Origin: Acidobacteriota bacterium
GTDB lineage: Bacteria; Acidobacteriota; Thermoanaerobaculia; Multivoradales; JAHEKO01
Direction of reading: 5' to 3'
Assembly (NCBI GenBank): GCA_029263375.1
Contig: JAJCXP010000025.1
Location: forward strand, 1 to 59,865
Length of the DNA stretch: 59,865 nt
The notes beneath the pieces were generated by a model, which was given only the letters and a program-made list of their open reading frames with translations, ran no database searches and was not told where the DNA came from. A program made the position numbers and the translations under genes. Positions 8,977 to 18,300 of this stretch are shown piece by piece (position 1 is the first letter of the stretch; each line of letters opens with the position of its first letter).

Positions 8977-10246
8977 CTTTCATCACGAAGTCGATCCGCT
9001 CGAGCAGGGTGATGTCAGCGAGCGGATCGCCGGTGACCGCCACCAGGTCGGCGATCTTGCCCGCCTCGACCGAGCCCAGGGTGTCGCTCACCCCCAGCAG
9101 CTCTGCGCAGCGCACCGTCGCCGCCCGGATCGCCTCGAGTGGCGGCATCCCCGCCTCCACCATGTAGCGGAACTCGCGGCCGTTCTCGCCGTGCTTCGAA
9201 ACCCCGCTGTCGGTGCCGAAAGCGATCGGCACTCCCGCCCGGTAGGCCTTGCCGAAGGTCTCCACGGCCAGCGGACCGATCGCCGCCGCCTTCGGCCGGA
9301 CGAGGTCGGGGAAGAAGCCGTCGATCTCGGCCATTTCGGCGACCGTGATGCCGGCCAGGAGAGTCGGTACATAGAAAGTCCCGCGCTCCTTCATCAGCTC
9401 CATCGCCTCGGCGTCCATGTAGGAGCCGTGCTCGATCGAGCGCACGCCGGCGCGGATCGCCCGCTTCATCCCCTCGGCGCCGTGAGCGTGTGCCGCGACG
9501 TGGAAGCCGTAGTCGGCGGCGGTCTCGACGATGGCGCGGATCTCGTCTTCGGTGAACTGCGGATTCTGGCCGTTCTTGGCAACGCTCAGGACCCCGCCGG
9601 TGGCGGTGATCTTGATCAGATCAGCTCCCTCCTTGTAGCGCTGGCGAACACCGGCCCGGGCTTCATCGACTCCATTGATCACTCCCTCGTACGGTCCCGG
9701 ATCGTCGAACAGCTCCGAGGCCATGCCGTTGGTCGGATCGGCGTGACCGCCGGTGGTCGCCAGGCTCTTGCCGGCCGCGAAGATCCGCGGCCCGTCGACC
9801 CAGCCCTGAGCGATCGCGTTGCGCAGCGAGATCGACACCCCACCGCCGGCGCCCAGGTCCCGAACCGTAGTGAAACCCGCCATCAATGTCCGCTCGGCGT
9901 AGACGACCGCCCGGAAAGCATAGTCCACCGCCTCGAGCTGGAAGCGCTCGAGATACTGGCGCGGGCTGAGCTCGCCGGCGACGTGGACGTGCATGTCCAT
10001 CAGGCCGGGCAGCACCGTCTGCTCGCGCAGATCGACCACCTCGTCGCCCTCCCCGGGCTCGACCCACCCGTTTTCGACCGCGACGATCTTGCCGCCATCG
10101 ACAATCACAGTGACGCGCTCTCGGGCGCTGTTGGCAACGCCGTCAATCAGGGCGCCGGCGTGAACCAGGGTCCGAGCCGACAGAGCCGTCGAGCCGGCGA
10201 GCAGCAGGGTCGCAAGTGCTAGTACGAGTTCGAGCCTTCGGGACAT
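8951..10246 (-). CDS. Secreted amidohydrolase family protein (imidazolonepropionase / Xaa-Pro dipeptidase-like metal hydrolase)
   Basis: The metal-binding HxH motif is present (LMDMHVHV), along with a later HAHG and a C-terminal [11 protein letters not shown] set the start at ATG 10246 ([19 protein letters not shown], a signal peptide) with GGAGGAGG upstream. Confidence 0.8.
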   Translation of the reverse strand: MSRRLELVLALATLLLAGSTALSARTLVHAGALIDGVANSARERVTVIVDGGKIVAVENGWVEPGEGDEVVDLREQTVLPGLMDMHVHVAGELSPRQYLERFQLEAVDYAFRAVVYAERTLMAGFTTVRDLGAGGGVSISLRNAIAQGWVDGPRIFAAGKSLATTGGHADPTNGMASELFDDPGPYEGVINGVDEARAGVRQRYKEGADLIKITATGGVLSVAKNGQNPQFTEDEIRAIVETAADYGFHVAAHAHGAEGMKRAIRAGVRSIEHGSYMDAEAMELMKERGTFYVPTLLAGITVAEMAEIDGFFPDLVRPKAAAIGPLAVETFGKAYRAGVPIAFGTDSGVSKHGENGREFRYMVEAGMPPLEAIRAATVRCAELLGVSDTLGSVEAGKIADLVAVTGDPLADITLLERIDFVMKDGVVYKRP

Positions 10247-10288
10247 GTCGCGCCTCCTCCGTTGGGGAGGACCGAAGATATCAGCGGC

Positions 10289-10367
10289 GGGGGGACACAA
10301 TACGTAATTCAATGCGCAATGAGGGACACGGGCGCATTAGCTCGCGCATTACGTATTGTGTCCCCCC
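10289..10367. repeat. Perfect 20-bp inverted repeat with 39-nt AT-rich spacer (structured RNA or operator candidate)
   Basis: ggggggacacaatacgtaat (10289-10308) is the exact reverse complement of attacgtattgtgtcccccc (10348-10367). An inner aatgcgc / gcgcatt pair and a third GGGACAC copy sit in the spacer. Confidence 0.75.
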
Positions 10368-10927
10368 TAACCCCCCAGGCTGGCGCTGAAGCCGCCCGGA
10401 TCCTCGGCGATCAGATCGGCCAGCAGCTGGTCGACTCGTCCGCCGACCCGTACCAGCACCATCTCGGCGCCGTCCAGCGACAGCACCATCAGATCCCGAA
10501 TCTCCCCCTGCCCGTTCTCGCGGTTGAACACCCAGGTGATCTCCTCCTCCTCGCGCGTACGCAGGACACGGCCCCAGCCGTTTTCGCCGAGACGGGTCTC
10601 CATCGGTGCGAGCGCCATGGGCTCGTAGCGATTCGGGAACGACTCGACGTCGTAGATCGCGACGTCGATCCGGCGCAGACCACGCAGGAGCTTGTGGCCT
10701 TCGTCGTCGCCGCGCATCGCCCAGTGGGCGATCGGCTTGATCAGGGCGGTGGTGATGCGGCCGAAGTGGAAGGCGTGGACACGCTCGAAACGCGCGCCTG
10801 GAAGACTCGCCTCGAGCTCGTGATGGGTATTCGCGGCCAACGTGGAGCCGAGGCAGCCGGTGAGCGTCAGGGCGGCCAGGCCAACCACGAGGGTCAAGGC
10901 GATTCGGGAACGGACTCGGGCGGTCAT
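10367..10927 (-). CDS. DUF4252-like lipoprotein
   Basis: It has a lipobox (LTLTGC). The ~185-aa size and its position downstream of an ECF sigma / anti-sigma pair fit DUF4252. The family call is from recollection of the domain pattern. Confidence 0.6.
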   Translation of the reverse strand: MTARVRSRIALTLVVGLAALTLTGCLGSTLAANTHHELEASLPGARFERVHAFHFGRITTALIKPIAHWAMRGDDEGHKLLRGLRRIDVAIYDVESFPNRYEPMALAPMETRLGENGWGRVLRTREEEEITWVFNRENGQGEIRDLMVLSLDGAEMVLVRVGGRVDQLLADLIAEDPGGFSASLGG

Positions 10928-10931
10928 CCTC

Positions 10932-11528
10932 CTACCTCCTGTCGTCGGGATCCGGTGTCTTGGCCGGGTCGGCGTCGAGCGCCGATTCGAGGGTCGGGAT
11001 ATCGAACGCCTGGCCGATCGCGGCCAGCTGCTCGACGTCCACGCGACCGACCAGGTTGATCAGCGTCAGCTCGTCACTGGGCTCATAGACGAACAGGGTC
11101 ATGCCCTCGATCTGGCCATCGACTTCCTTCAGGTAGACGTGCACCTGCTCGTCAGCCTCGCGAACTTTGACCACCCGCTGCCAACCGGCTTTCTCGAGCG
11201 ACGCGGCGCCCCGGCCGAGGACCGTGTCGACCTGCTGCGCGCGGAGCTCGTTGGCCGGCGTCACCAGAACGCGGATCGCGACCAGATCCGACACCAGGGC
11301 GGCGAGCGACGGTTCCTCCTGCAGCACCGACGCGCCGACCAACCGCAGCATCGCGCCGCGCAGATTGATGTCGACGCTCGACAGGGCAGGATCGACCAGG
11401 CCCAGATCATCGAGCGAGAAATAGCCGGGATGGCTCTCGATCGGCTGTTCGGCGGCGGCCGCGAAGCCGCTCGTCCAGAGGGACAGGGCGAGTACCCCGA
11501 TCACGATACGGCGCTGTCTCGATCTCAC
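10932..11528 (-). CDS. DUF4252-like secreted protein
   Basis: The start is set at GTG 11528 (VRSRQRRIVIGVLALSLWTSGFAAAA, a signal peptide). Upstream of this the track ORF is R/G/A-rich and overlaps the anti-sigma gene. The body (HPGYFSLDDL...VHVYLKEVDGQIEGMTLFVYEPSDELTLINLVGRVDVEQL) fits DUF4252. Confidence 0.6.
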   Translation of the reverse strand: MRSRQRRIVIGVLALSLWTSGFAAAAEQPIESHPGYFSLDDLGLVDPALSSVDINLRGAMLRLVGASVLQEEPSLAALVSDLVAIRVLVTPANELRAQQVDTVLGRGAASLEKAGWQRVVKVREADEQVHVYLKEVDGQIEGMTLFVYEPSDELTLINLVGRVDVEQLAAIGQAFDIPTLESALDADPAKTPDPDDRR

Positions 11529-11533
11529 GTCTC

Positions 11534-12118
11534 TCAACCTCGCTCCGGCGCCGCGCTCACGGCGCGCTGATCGTCGTTCACCGTCCCCCCGTCCAGGGAA
11601 TCTCCAACGCTGCGCGCGAGCGGCAAGAGCGCCCGTTCTCGTAGGAGATCCCGGCCCAGCCCCGTACCCACTCGGCGACTTGCGCTCGCGAAGTGCGCCA
11701 GCGCCAGCTTCGTCTCGAGAGTCGCTCGCACGACCGCCGGATCCTCCAGCGCGAGCCGACTCTCCGGCTGCCGCGGCCGGATCCACCCGAAGGCGAGCAC
11801 AACCAGCAGCACGAGAGCGGCGACCGCGGCCACCGCCGCCGGACGCGGCAGCGCGAGCCACTGTCGCCAAATCGGCCGATCGCCCTGGTCCCGGACCCGC
11901 GCCAGCACCGCGTGCACCGCCGGGGCGGGCGCCTCCAGGCGCGGCAACGAGCGCAGCCCGGCCCGCACCCGCCGCGCCAGCGCCAGCTCGCTCGCGCACG
12001 CCTCGCAGCCGGCGACGTGGGTCTCGAGCGCGCTCGTCGCGTCGGCATCCAGCTCGCCGTCGAGGAAGACCTCGAAGCTGTCGTCGAAGCGCTCGCAGCC
12101 GCGGTCACGCCGGTTCAT
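11534..12118 (-). CDS. Anti-sigma factor (zf-HC2 type, single TM)
   Basis: The N-terminus has the H-x3-C-x2-C motif (HVAGCEAC). A central TM helix is present (AAVAAVAALVLLVVLAFGW). The gene overlaps the upstream ECF sigma gene by 14 nt. Confidence 0.75.
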   Translation of the reverse strand: MNRRDRGCERFDDSFEVFLDGELDADATSALETHVAGCEACASELALARRVRAGLRSLPRLEAPAPAVHAVLARVRDQGDRPIWRQWLALPRPAAVAAVAALVLLVVLAFGWIRPRQPESRLALEDPAVVRATLETKLALAHFASASRRVGTGLGRDLLRERALLPLARSVGDSLDGGTVNDDQRAVSAAPERG

Positions 12119-12632
12119 CGATCTCCACCCTTCGCAGCCGCTCGCGCAGCTGCTTGCGTCCCCGGTGCAGGTAGACCCGCACCGTGTTCAAAGGCAGCTC
12201 GAGGATCTCGCTGATCTCGCGATACTTCAACTCCTGGATCTCGCGCAGGATCAGGACGCTCCGGAACGGCTCGGCCAGCTGACCGAGCTCGCGGGTGATA
12301 CGCGCCACGAGCTGCGCCGAGGTCGCCCGCTCTTCCGGATCCCGGTCGCCGGCAGGAGCCCGCTCGAGCTGCTCGCTCTCTACCGACCGGATGAGTCCGC
12401 GCCCGGCCGAGGTGCGCCGCCGCAGACGGTCGTAGCAGGCGTTGCGGGTCACCCGGCCCAGCCACGGGCCGAGCCGGTCGGTCTCGACCTTGCTGCGGTG
12501 CTTCCACAGCCGCAGGAGCACCTCCTGCAGGATCTCCTCCGCGTCCTCCGGCTTGCCCAGGATGTAGTACGCGAGTGTGTAGACCCGATTCTTCTGGGCC
12601 TCCACGACCTCCTCGAACTCGGCCAACCGCAT
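12105..12632 (-). CDS. ECF-type RNA polymerase sigma-70 family factor
   Basis: Region 2 (VYTLAYYILGKPEDAEEILQEVLLRLW) and region 4 (FRSVLILREIQELKYREISEILELPLNTVRVYLHRGRKQL) are clearly present. Confidence 0.9.
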   Translation of the reverse strand: MRLAEFEEVVEAQKNRVYTLAYYILGKPEDAEEILQEVLLRLWKHRSKVETDRLGPWLGRVTRNACYDRLRRRTSAGRGLIRSVESEQLERAPAGDRDPEERATSAQLVARITRELGQLAEPFRSVLILREIQELKYREISEILELPLNTVRVYLHRGRKQLRERLRRVEIDEPA

Positions 12633-12644
12633 CCTGTCTCAGCA

Positions 12645-12671
12645 AACGAGCGTTCGTCATCGAAAGTTACA
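12645..12671 (-). promoter_or_regulatory. Candidate ECF-type promoter TGTAAC-N17-CGTT, proximal copy, 12 nt upstream of the sigma-factor ATG
   Basis: On the minus strand, TGTAAC lies at 12671-12666 and CGTT at 12648-12645 with exactly 17 nt between. This resembles the generic ECF -35 (G/T)AAC and -10 CGT architecture. Confidence 0.35.
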
Positions 12672-12703
12672 CCCCGAGGCCGATTGTGCCTCTCGGAGAA
12701 CTG

Positions 12704-12730
12704 AACGCAGACCGGCCGCGGAGAGTTACA
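12704..12730 (-). promoter_or_regulatory. Candidate ECF-type promoter TGTAAC-N17-CGTT, distal copy
   Basis: The same hexamer, spacing and CGTT recur 59 nt upstream of the proximal copy (TGTAAC 12730-12725, CGTT 12707-12704). Confidence 0.3.
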
Positions 12731-12735
12731 GCCAG

Positions 12736-13776
12736 CTATCTGCTGGGCGCGAAGTCCTCCGGTTGGAGCTGCGCCTGCAACGCTTCGAGAGCTCGGTCGA
12801 CCTCCGGGTCGTCGTCCAGGCGGGCGATGTGGAAGATCGCGTCGCCCTGATGGGCCACCGGTAGGAGCAGGCGACCGATTACGATGCCGTTCGAGCTCGC
12901 CCGAATCGTGCTCGGCTCGTCGCCCAGCGGATCGCCGATCTCGGCCAGCTTCTGCCCCTTCTCGACGCTCGCGCCGAGGGTCACGGCGCTCTGAAGCACG
13001 CCGCTGATCGGGGCCCGGAGCCAGTAGCTCGAACGCGCCACGACCGATCGCGCCCTCGTCCGCTTGTCCTGCCGCGCCGGCAGCATGCCGATGGCACGCA
13101 TCACCGAGACCACGCCGCGCACGCCGGTGCGCACCGAGACCTCGTCGAAGCGTAGAGCCTCCCCAGCCTCGTAGAGCAGCATCGGCATCCCCTGGTCGTA
13201 GCCCGCTTGCCGCAGCGAGCCGTCGCGCAGGTTCGAGTTCACGATCATCGGTGCTTTGAACGCCTTCGCCAACCGGGCGGTTTCGGGATGGTCCATACAC
13301 GCCCGGATCTGGGGCAGGTTGGTGCGATGGTTCGAGCCGGTGTGGAGATCGATGCCGTGCGTCGCAACCGCGACGATCTCGTCCGTGAAGCGCTTCGCCA
13401 GGCGAGACGCCAGCGAACCGTTCTCCGACCCCGGGAAGGAGCGATTCAGATCGCGGCGATCGGGCAGATAGCGCGACTGGCTGATGAATCCGAAGACGTT
13501 GACGATCGGCACGGCGATCAGCGTGCCCCGGATCGCCGACAGATTTCTGAGCCGCAGCAGCCGCCGGATGATCTCGACGCCGTTCATCTCGTCGCCGTGG
13601 ACCGCGGCGCTGACGAATAGCGCGGGTCCCGTCCGGCGACCGTGAACCACGCGCACCTGGATGTCGACCTCGGCGTGGGTGTAGAGACGAGGCACCTCCA
13701 CGTGCACGGTCGCACGCGTGCCCGGCGCTACGATCTCGCCGGCGATCGAGAACGGCTCCGAGCGACTCTGACTCAA
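12736..13776 (-). CDS. Succinylglutamate desuccinylase/aspartoacylase family (M14-like zinc hydrolase), RimK-associated
   Basis: It carries the zinc motif [10 protein letters not shown] and a family-typical body ([17 protein letters not shown]...GIDLHTGS). The proposed TTG start at 13776 overlaps the rimK stop (TTGA). The long R-rich track extension to 14112 is rejected. Confidence 0.75.
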   Translation of the reverse strand: MSQSRSEPFSIAGEIVAPGTRATVHVEVPRLYTHAEVDIQVRVVHGRRTGPALFVSAAVHGDEMNGVEIIRRLLRLRNLSAIRGTLIAVPIVNVFGFISQSRYLPDRRDLNRSFPGSENGSLASRLAKRFTDEIVAVATHGIDLHTGSNHRTNLPQIRACMDHPETARLAKAFKAPMIVNSNLRDGSLRQAGYDQGMPMLLYEAGEALRFDEVSVRTGVRGVVSVMRAIGMLPARQDKRTRARSVVARSSYWLRAPISGVLQSAVTLGASVEKGQKLAEIGDPLGDEPSTIRASSNGIVIGRLLLPVAHQGDAIFHIARLDDDPEVDRALEALQAQLQPEDFAPSR

Positions 13777-14678
13777 CCCTTGCCCTTGGTGCCGGTCCGC
13801 CCATGCTGGGCGTTCGCGACGATGTAGTCGATGATCTCGCCGGCAACGTCCTTGCCGGTCGCCCCCTCGATCCCCTCGAGACCCGGCGAGGAGTTCACCT
13901 CCATCACCACCGGCCCGTGGTTCGAGCGCAGCAGGTCGACGCCGGCGGCGTTGAGACCCATGATCTTCGCGGCGCGGACCGCCGTCGACCGCTCCTCCGG
14001 AGTGATCTTCGCCACCGCCGCCGAGCCGCCGCGGTGGAGGTTGGAGCGAAACTCGCCCTCCTTGGCCATGCGCTTCATCGACCCGACCACCTTGCCGCCG
14101 ATGACGATGCAACGCAGATCCGTGCCTTTGGCCTCGGCGATGAACTCCTGCACGAGGATGTTCGCGTCGAGCCCGCGGAACGCCTCGATCACGCTCTCCG
14201 CCGCCTGGCGGGTCTCGGCGAGCACCACTCCGATGCCCTGGGTGCCCTCGAGCAGCTTGACCACCAGCGGCGCGCCGCCGACCAGATCGATCAGGTCCGC
14301 CGTGTACTGGGTGGAGTGCGCAAAGCCGCTGACCGGCAGGCCGATCCCCTTGCGCGCCAGCAGCTGCAGGCTGCGCAGCTTGTCACGCGACCGGGTGATC
14401 GCCACCGACTCGTTGAGGCAGAAGACGCCCATCATCTCGAACTGCCGAACCACGGCTGTGCCGTAGAAGGTGATGGAAGCGCCGATGCGCGGGATCACGG
14501 CGTCGATATCGGTGAGATCCTCACCTTTGTAGTGCACCGATGGCCGGTGCGAGGTGATATTCATGTAGCAGCGCATCGGGTCGACCACCCGCGCCTGGTG
14601 ACCACGCTCCTTCGCAGCTTGAACGAGTCTGCTGGTCGAATAGAGCTGTGAGTTTCGGGAAAGTATCGCGATCTTCAT
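13773..14678 (-). CDS. rimK: RimK family alpha-L-glutamate ligase (ATP-grasp)
   Basis: [27 protein letters not shown]...[19 protein letters not shown]...[10 protein letters not shown]...[26 protein letters not shown] is a classic RimK sequence. Confidence 0.9.
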   Translation of the reverse strand: MKIAILSRNSQLYSTSRLVQAAKERGHQARVVDPMRCYMNITSHRPSVHYKGEDLTDIDAVIPRIGASITFYGTAVVRQFEMMGVFCLNESVAITRSRDKLRSLQLLARKGIGLPVSGFAHSTQYTADLIDLVGGAPLVVKLLEGTQGIGVVLAETRQAAESVIEAFRGLDANILVQEFIAEAKGTDLRCIVIGGKVVGSMKRMAKEGEFRSNLHRGGSAAVAKITPEERSTAVRAAKIMGLNAAGVDLLRSNHGPVVMEVNSSPGLEGIEGATGKDVAGEIIDYIVANAQHGRTGTKGKG

Positions 14679-15160
14679 GTGCCTCTCGATCTGCCGGCAG
14701 CGGTCGACCGCGCCGAATAAACACGGGCCGACATCCTGCCAGCCCGATAGGAAAGTGCCGGGTCGACCCGGGCCCAGCCGCTAAGGGCAGTTCGCCCCAG
14801 CAGCATACGGAACATCATCGTCTCTCGGTCGGTGAGCGTGATCTCGATCTGTCGATCGTGCTCGGCCACCCGGAGGTTGGTGCGAATCACATAGCGCCTC
14901 TCCCGATGCCCCCCCGAGTCGGTGACCATGCGGCGATCCGCGACCTCCGACTCACAGTGGAGCACCGGTTCGAGGCGCCGTTGCAGGGGATGGATGCCGA
15001 AGCGCACCCAGGTGCCGTCTTTGAACGGCTCGACGTAGAAAGCGTGCAACGCAGACGTGCGCGCTCCGGTGTCGAGCTTCGCTTTCAGCGCTGGAATGCC
15101 GAGGCCGGGGAGCTCCACCCATTCGCGCCAACCCAGGTTGGTTCTGATTCTCTTGGCCAT
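14675..15160 (-). CDS. Retropepsin-like 'ATP-dependent zinc protease' family protein (COG4067/DUF785, RimB-like)
   Basis: [32 protein letters not shown] contains the DTGA aspartic-protease motif. Its stop overlaps the rimK start (ATGA). Confidence 0.75.
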   Translation of the reverse strand: MAKRIRTNLGWREWVELPGLGIPALKAKLDTGARTSALHAFYVEPFKDGTWVRFGIHPLQRRLEPVLHCESEVADRRMVTDSGGHRERRYVIRTNLRVAEHDRQIEITLTDRETMMFRMLLGRTALSGWARVDPALSYRAGRMSARVYSARSTAAGRSRGT

Positions 15161-15389
15161 CTGATGAAGCGGTAAGACCCGTGAAGGTCGGAACTCTCCT
15201 GACTGTGCGACACCCGAACTCCAACACTCGAATGAAGCCTCATCTTACTGGATCGACGACGCTCGCCTCGGCTCGACGCGGCGCCTCAGGCCGGTTCGAG
15301 CTCCGCGCCCGGGACGTGCTCACCCGGGCCACACCGGATAGAGTCGTCGACCCGAGAAGAATCCGCTCGTCACCGACTGGAGGATGTTC

Positions 15390-18300
15390 ATGAGCTCGAT
15401 CAATTCCCTCGTTCGCCGCCACTCGCTCGGCGCCTTCTGCGCCCTGGGCCTGGCTGTTTGCTGGCTCGCCCCGGTTCCGACGTTCGCCTCGCAGGACGAC
15501 GACCCGGCGGAGGAGAGCGCGGACGGCGCACCTGAGGACGGCGAGGGGGAGGCCGAGGAAGGGGAAGAGGACACGTGGGACGTCAACGACCCCCAGGGCG
15601 AGTTCGAGACCATCACCATCGACACCACCGAGACCACCTGGTCGGACGTCGACGTGAGCCCGGACGGCTCGAACCTGATCTTCGACATGCTCGGCGACAT
15701 CTACACGGTGCCGATCGGCGGCGGCGAGGCGACCGCGGTGACGAATGAGATCGCCTGGAGCTACCAGCCGAAATACAGTCCGGACGGCTCGCTGATCGCG
15801 TTCATCAGCGACCGGGAGGGCGGCGACAACCTGTGGGTCATGAACGCCGACGGCAGCGAGCCGCGGTCGCTCACCGACGAGAAGGACAACCTCGTCCACA
15901 CGCCGTCCTGGAGCCCCGACGGCGACTACCTGGTGGCGATGAAGGGCTTCACCTCGACGCGGAGCATTCCCGCGGGCGAGATCTGGATGTACCACGTGGG
16001 TGGCGGCGGCGGCCTTCAGATCACCGAGCGTCCGCACGGCAAGGAAGACCAGAAGAACATGGCCGAGCCGAGGTTCTCGCCCGACGGCCGCTATGTCTAC
16101 TACAGCCAGGACGTCACGCCCGGCCGCGTCTGGCAGTACAACAAGGACTCGGCAGACTCGCTCTTCGCCATCAAGCGCTTCGACCTCGAGACCGGCGACG
16201 ACGAGATTTTCGTCAGCGGCCCGGGCGGGGCCATCCGGCCGACGCCGTCGCCGGACGGCAAGCAGCTGGCGTTCATCAAGCGGCTCTACGGCCTGGTGAG
16301 CGCCATCTATCTGAAAGATCTCGAGTCGGGCCGCGAGTGGGCGATCTACGACGACTTCGAGCGCGACCTGCAGGAGTCGTCCGGCAGCGAGGGCAACGCG
16401 CCGGCGATCGCCTGGACCCCCGACGGCGGCTCGATCGTCTTCTGGAGCGGCGGCGGGTTTCACCGTGTCGAGATAGCGAGCCGCGAAGTGACGCGGATTC
16501 CGGTGCATGTCTCGACCGAGAAGAAGATCCAGACCGCGCTGCGCGTGCCGGTCGAGGTCGCGCCCGAGACGGTCGAGGTCCGCATGCCACGCTGGGCGCA
16601 GTACGCGTCCTCCGAGCGGGTCGTCTTCCAGGCGCTCGGACACATCTACGTCAAGGACCTGGCGACCGCTCGCCAGCGCCGGCTGACCGACCAGACCGAT
16701 CACTTCGAGTACCACCCGTCGGTGTCGAGAGACGGTCGGCGCGTGGTCTACACCACCTGGGACGACCAGAAGCTCGGCAGCGTCCGAGTGACATCGATCG
16801 ACGGCGGCGCCGGCCGCACCCTGACACCCGCTCCCGGCCACTACGTCGAGCCGCGCTTTTCGCAGGACGGCCAACGGATCGTCTATCGCAAGATCACCGG
16901 CGGCTTCCTGCTGTCGCCCTTCTGGTCGATGGAGCCTGGGATCTACGTCGTCGACGTCAACGGCGGCGAGCCCGAGCGGATCTCCGAGTCGGGCTTCGAC
17001 GCCCACTTCGACGCCGGCGGCGAGCGCGTGCTGTTCTCCGAGAACGTCGACACCACCGAGCTGGCGCTCAAGAGCGTCGGTCTCGACGGTCACGAGGAGC
17101 GGACACACCTCCAGGGCGCCGAGGTCACCGAGTTCAGCGTTTCACCGGACGGCCGCTGGGTCGCCTTCACCGAGCAGTTCAACGGGTTCGTAGCGCCGTT
17201 CGCGCGCACCGGCAAGAAGGTGACGATCGGCAAGTCGGCCGACGCCTACCCGGTCAAGCAGGTGTCGAAGCGCGCCGGCGAGTTCCTGCACTGGTCCTCG
17301 AACAGCTCAGAGCTGCACTGGTCGCACGGGGCGAACCTCTACTCGCGGAAACTCACTGACGCCTTCGACTTCCTGGCGGGCTCTCCCGAGGAGCTGCCCG
17401 AGCCGGTCGAAGAGGGGCTCGACCTACGCTTCGAGGTCGCAGCCGACGTTCCGGGCGGCACCATAGCCATCACCGGCGCCCGGATCGTCACCATGCGCGG
17501 CGCGCGCGACGGCGACCGCGAGGTGATCGACAACGGCACCGTCGTGGTCGAGGGCAACCGGATCACCGCGGTCGGAGCCACGGACGAGGTGGCGGTGCCA
17601 GACGGCGCCTTCGTCCTCGATGCCGCCGGCAAGACCGTGATCCCCGGCCTGATCGACGTCCACGCCCACGGCGCCATGGCTCAGAGCGAGATGAACCCGC
17701 AGCAGAACTGGGCTCAATACTCGAATCTGGCCTTCGGCGTCACCACCGTCCACGACCCGTCGAACGACACCAGCTCGATCTTCTCCGCCGCCGAGCTGCA
17801 GCGCACCGGCAAGATCGTCGGCCCGCGCATCTTCTCGACCGGCACCATCCTCTACGGCGCGCACGCGCCTGGCTTCACGGCCGAGGTCAAGAGCTACGAC
17901 GACGCTCTGTTCCACGTCCGGCGCCTGAAAGAGGTCGGCGCGATCTCGGTGAAGAGCTACAACCAGCCGCGCCGCGACCAGCGGCAGCAGATCATCGCCG
18001 CCGCGCGCGAGCTCGACATGATGGTCGTGCCCGAAGGCGGCATGAAGTTCCAGCACAACATGACCGAGATCGTCGACGGCCACACCGGCATCGAGCACTC
18101 GCTGTCACTCAAGACCGGCTACGACGATGTCGTGCAACTCTGGTCCCAGACCGGCACCGGCTACTCGCCCACTTTCGTCGTCTCCTACGGCGGCATCTCG
18201 GGCGAGAACTACTGGTACGAGCACACCAACGTCTGGGAGAACGAGCGGCTGCTGCGCTACGTCCCGCGCTCGCAGGTCGAGCCGCGCGCGATCCGTCGCA

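Noticed and set aside
11529-11999. The upstream 157 codons of track ORF 10932..11999.
   Set aside because: They are R/G/A-rich and overlap the anti-sigma gene in another frame. GTG 11528 gives a proper signal peptide 5 nt after the anti-sigma stop.
12449-13846. A 465-aa minus-strand ORF overlapping the ECF sigma gene and the M14-like gene in another frame.
   Set aside because: It is R/P/G-rich and out of frame with two well-supported genes.
15240-17108. A 622-aa minus-strand ORF opposite the PD40-amidohydrolase gene.
   Set aside because: It is a shadow ORF, because the plus strand shows repeated SPDG propeller motifs. The same reasoning applies to 17424..18098 and 18105..18872.
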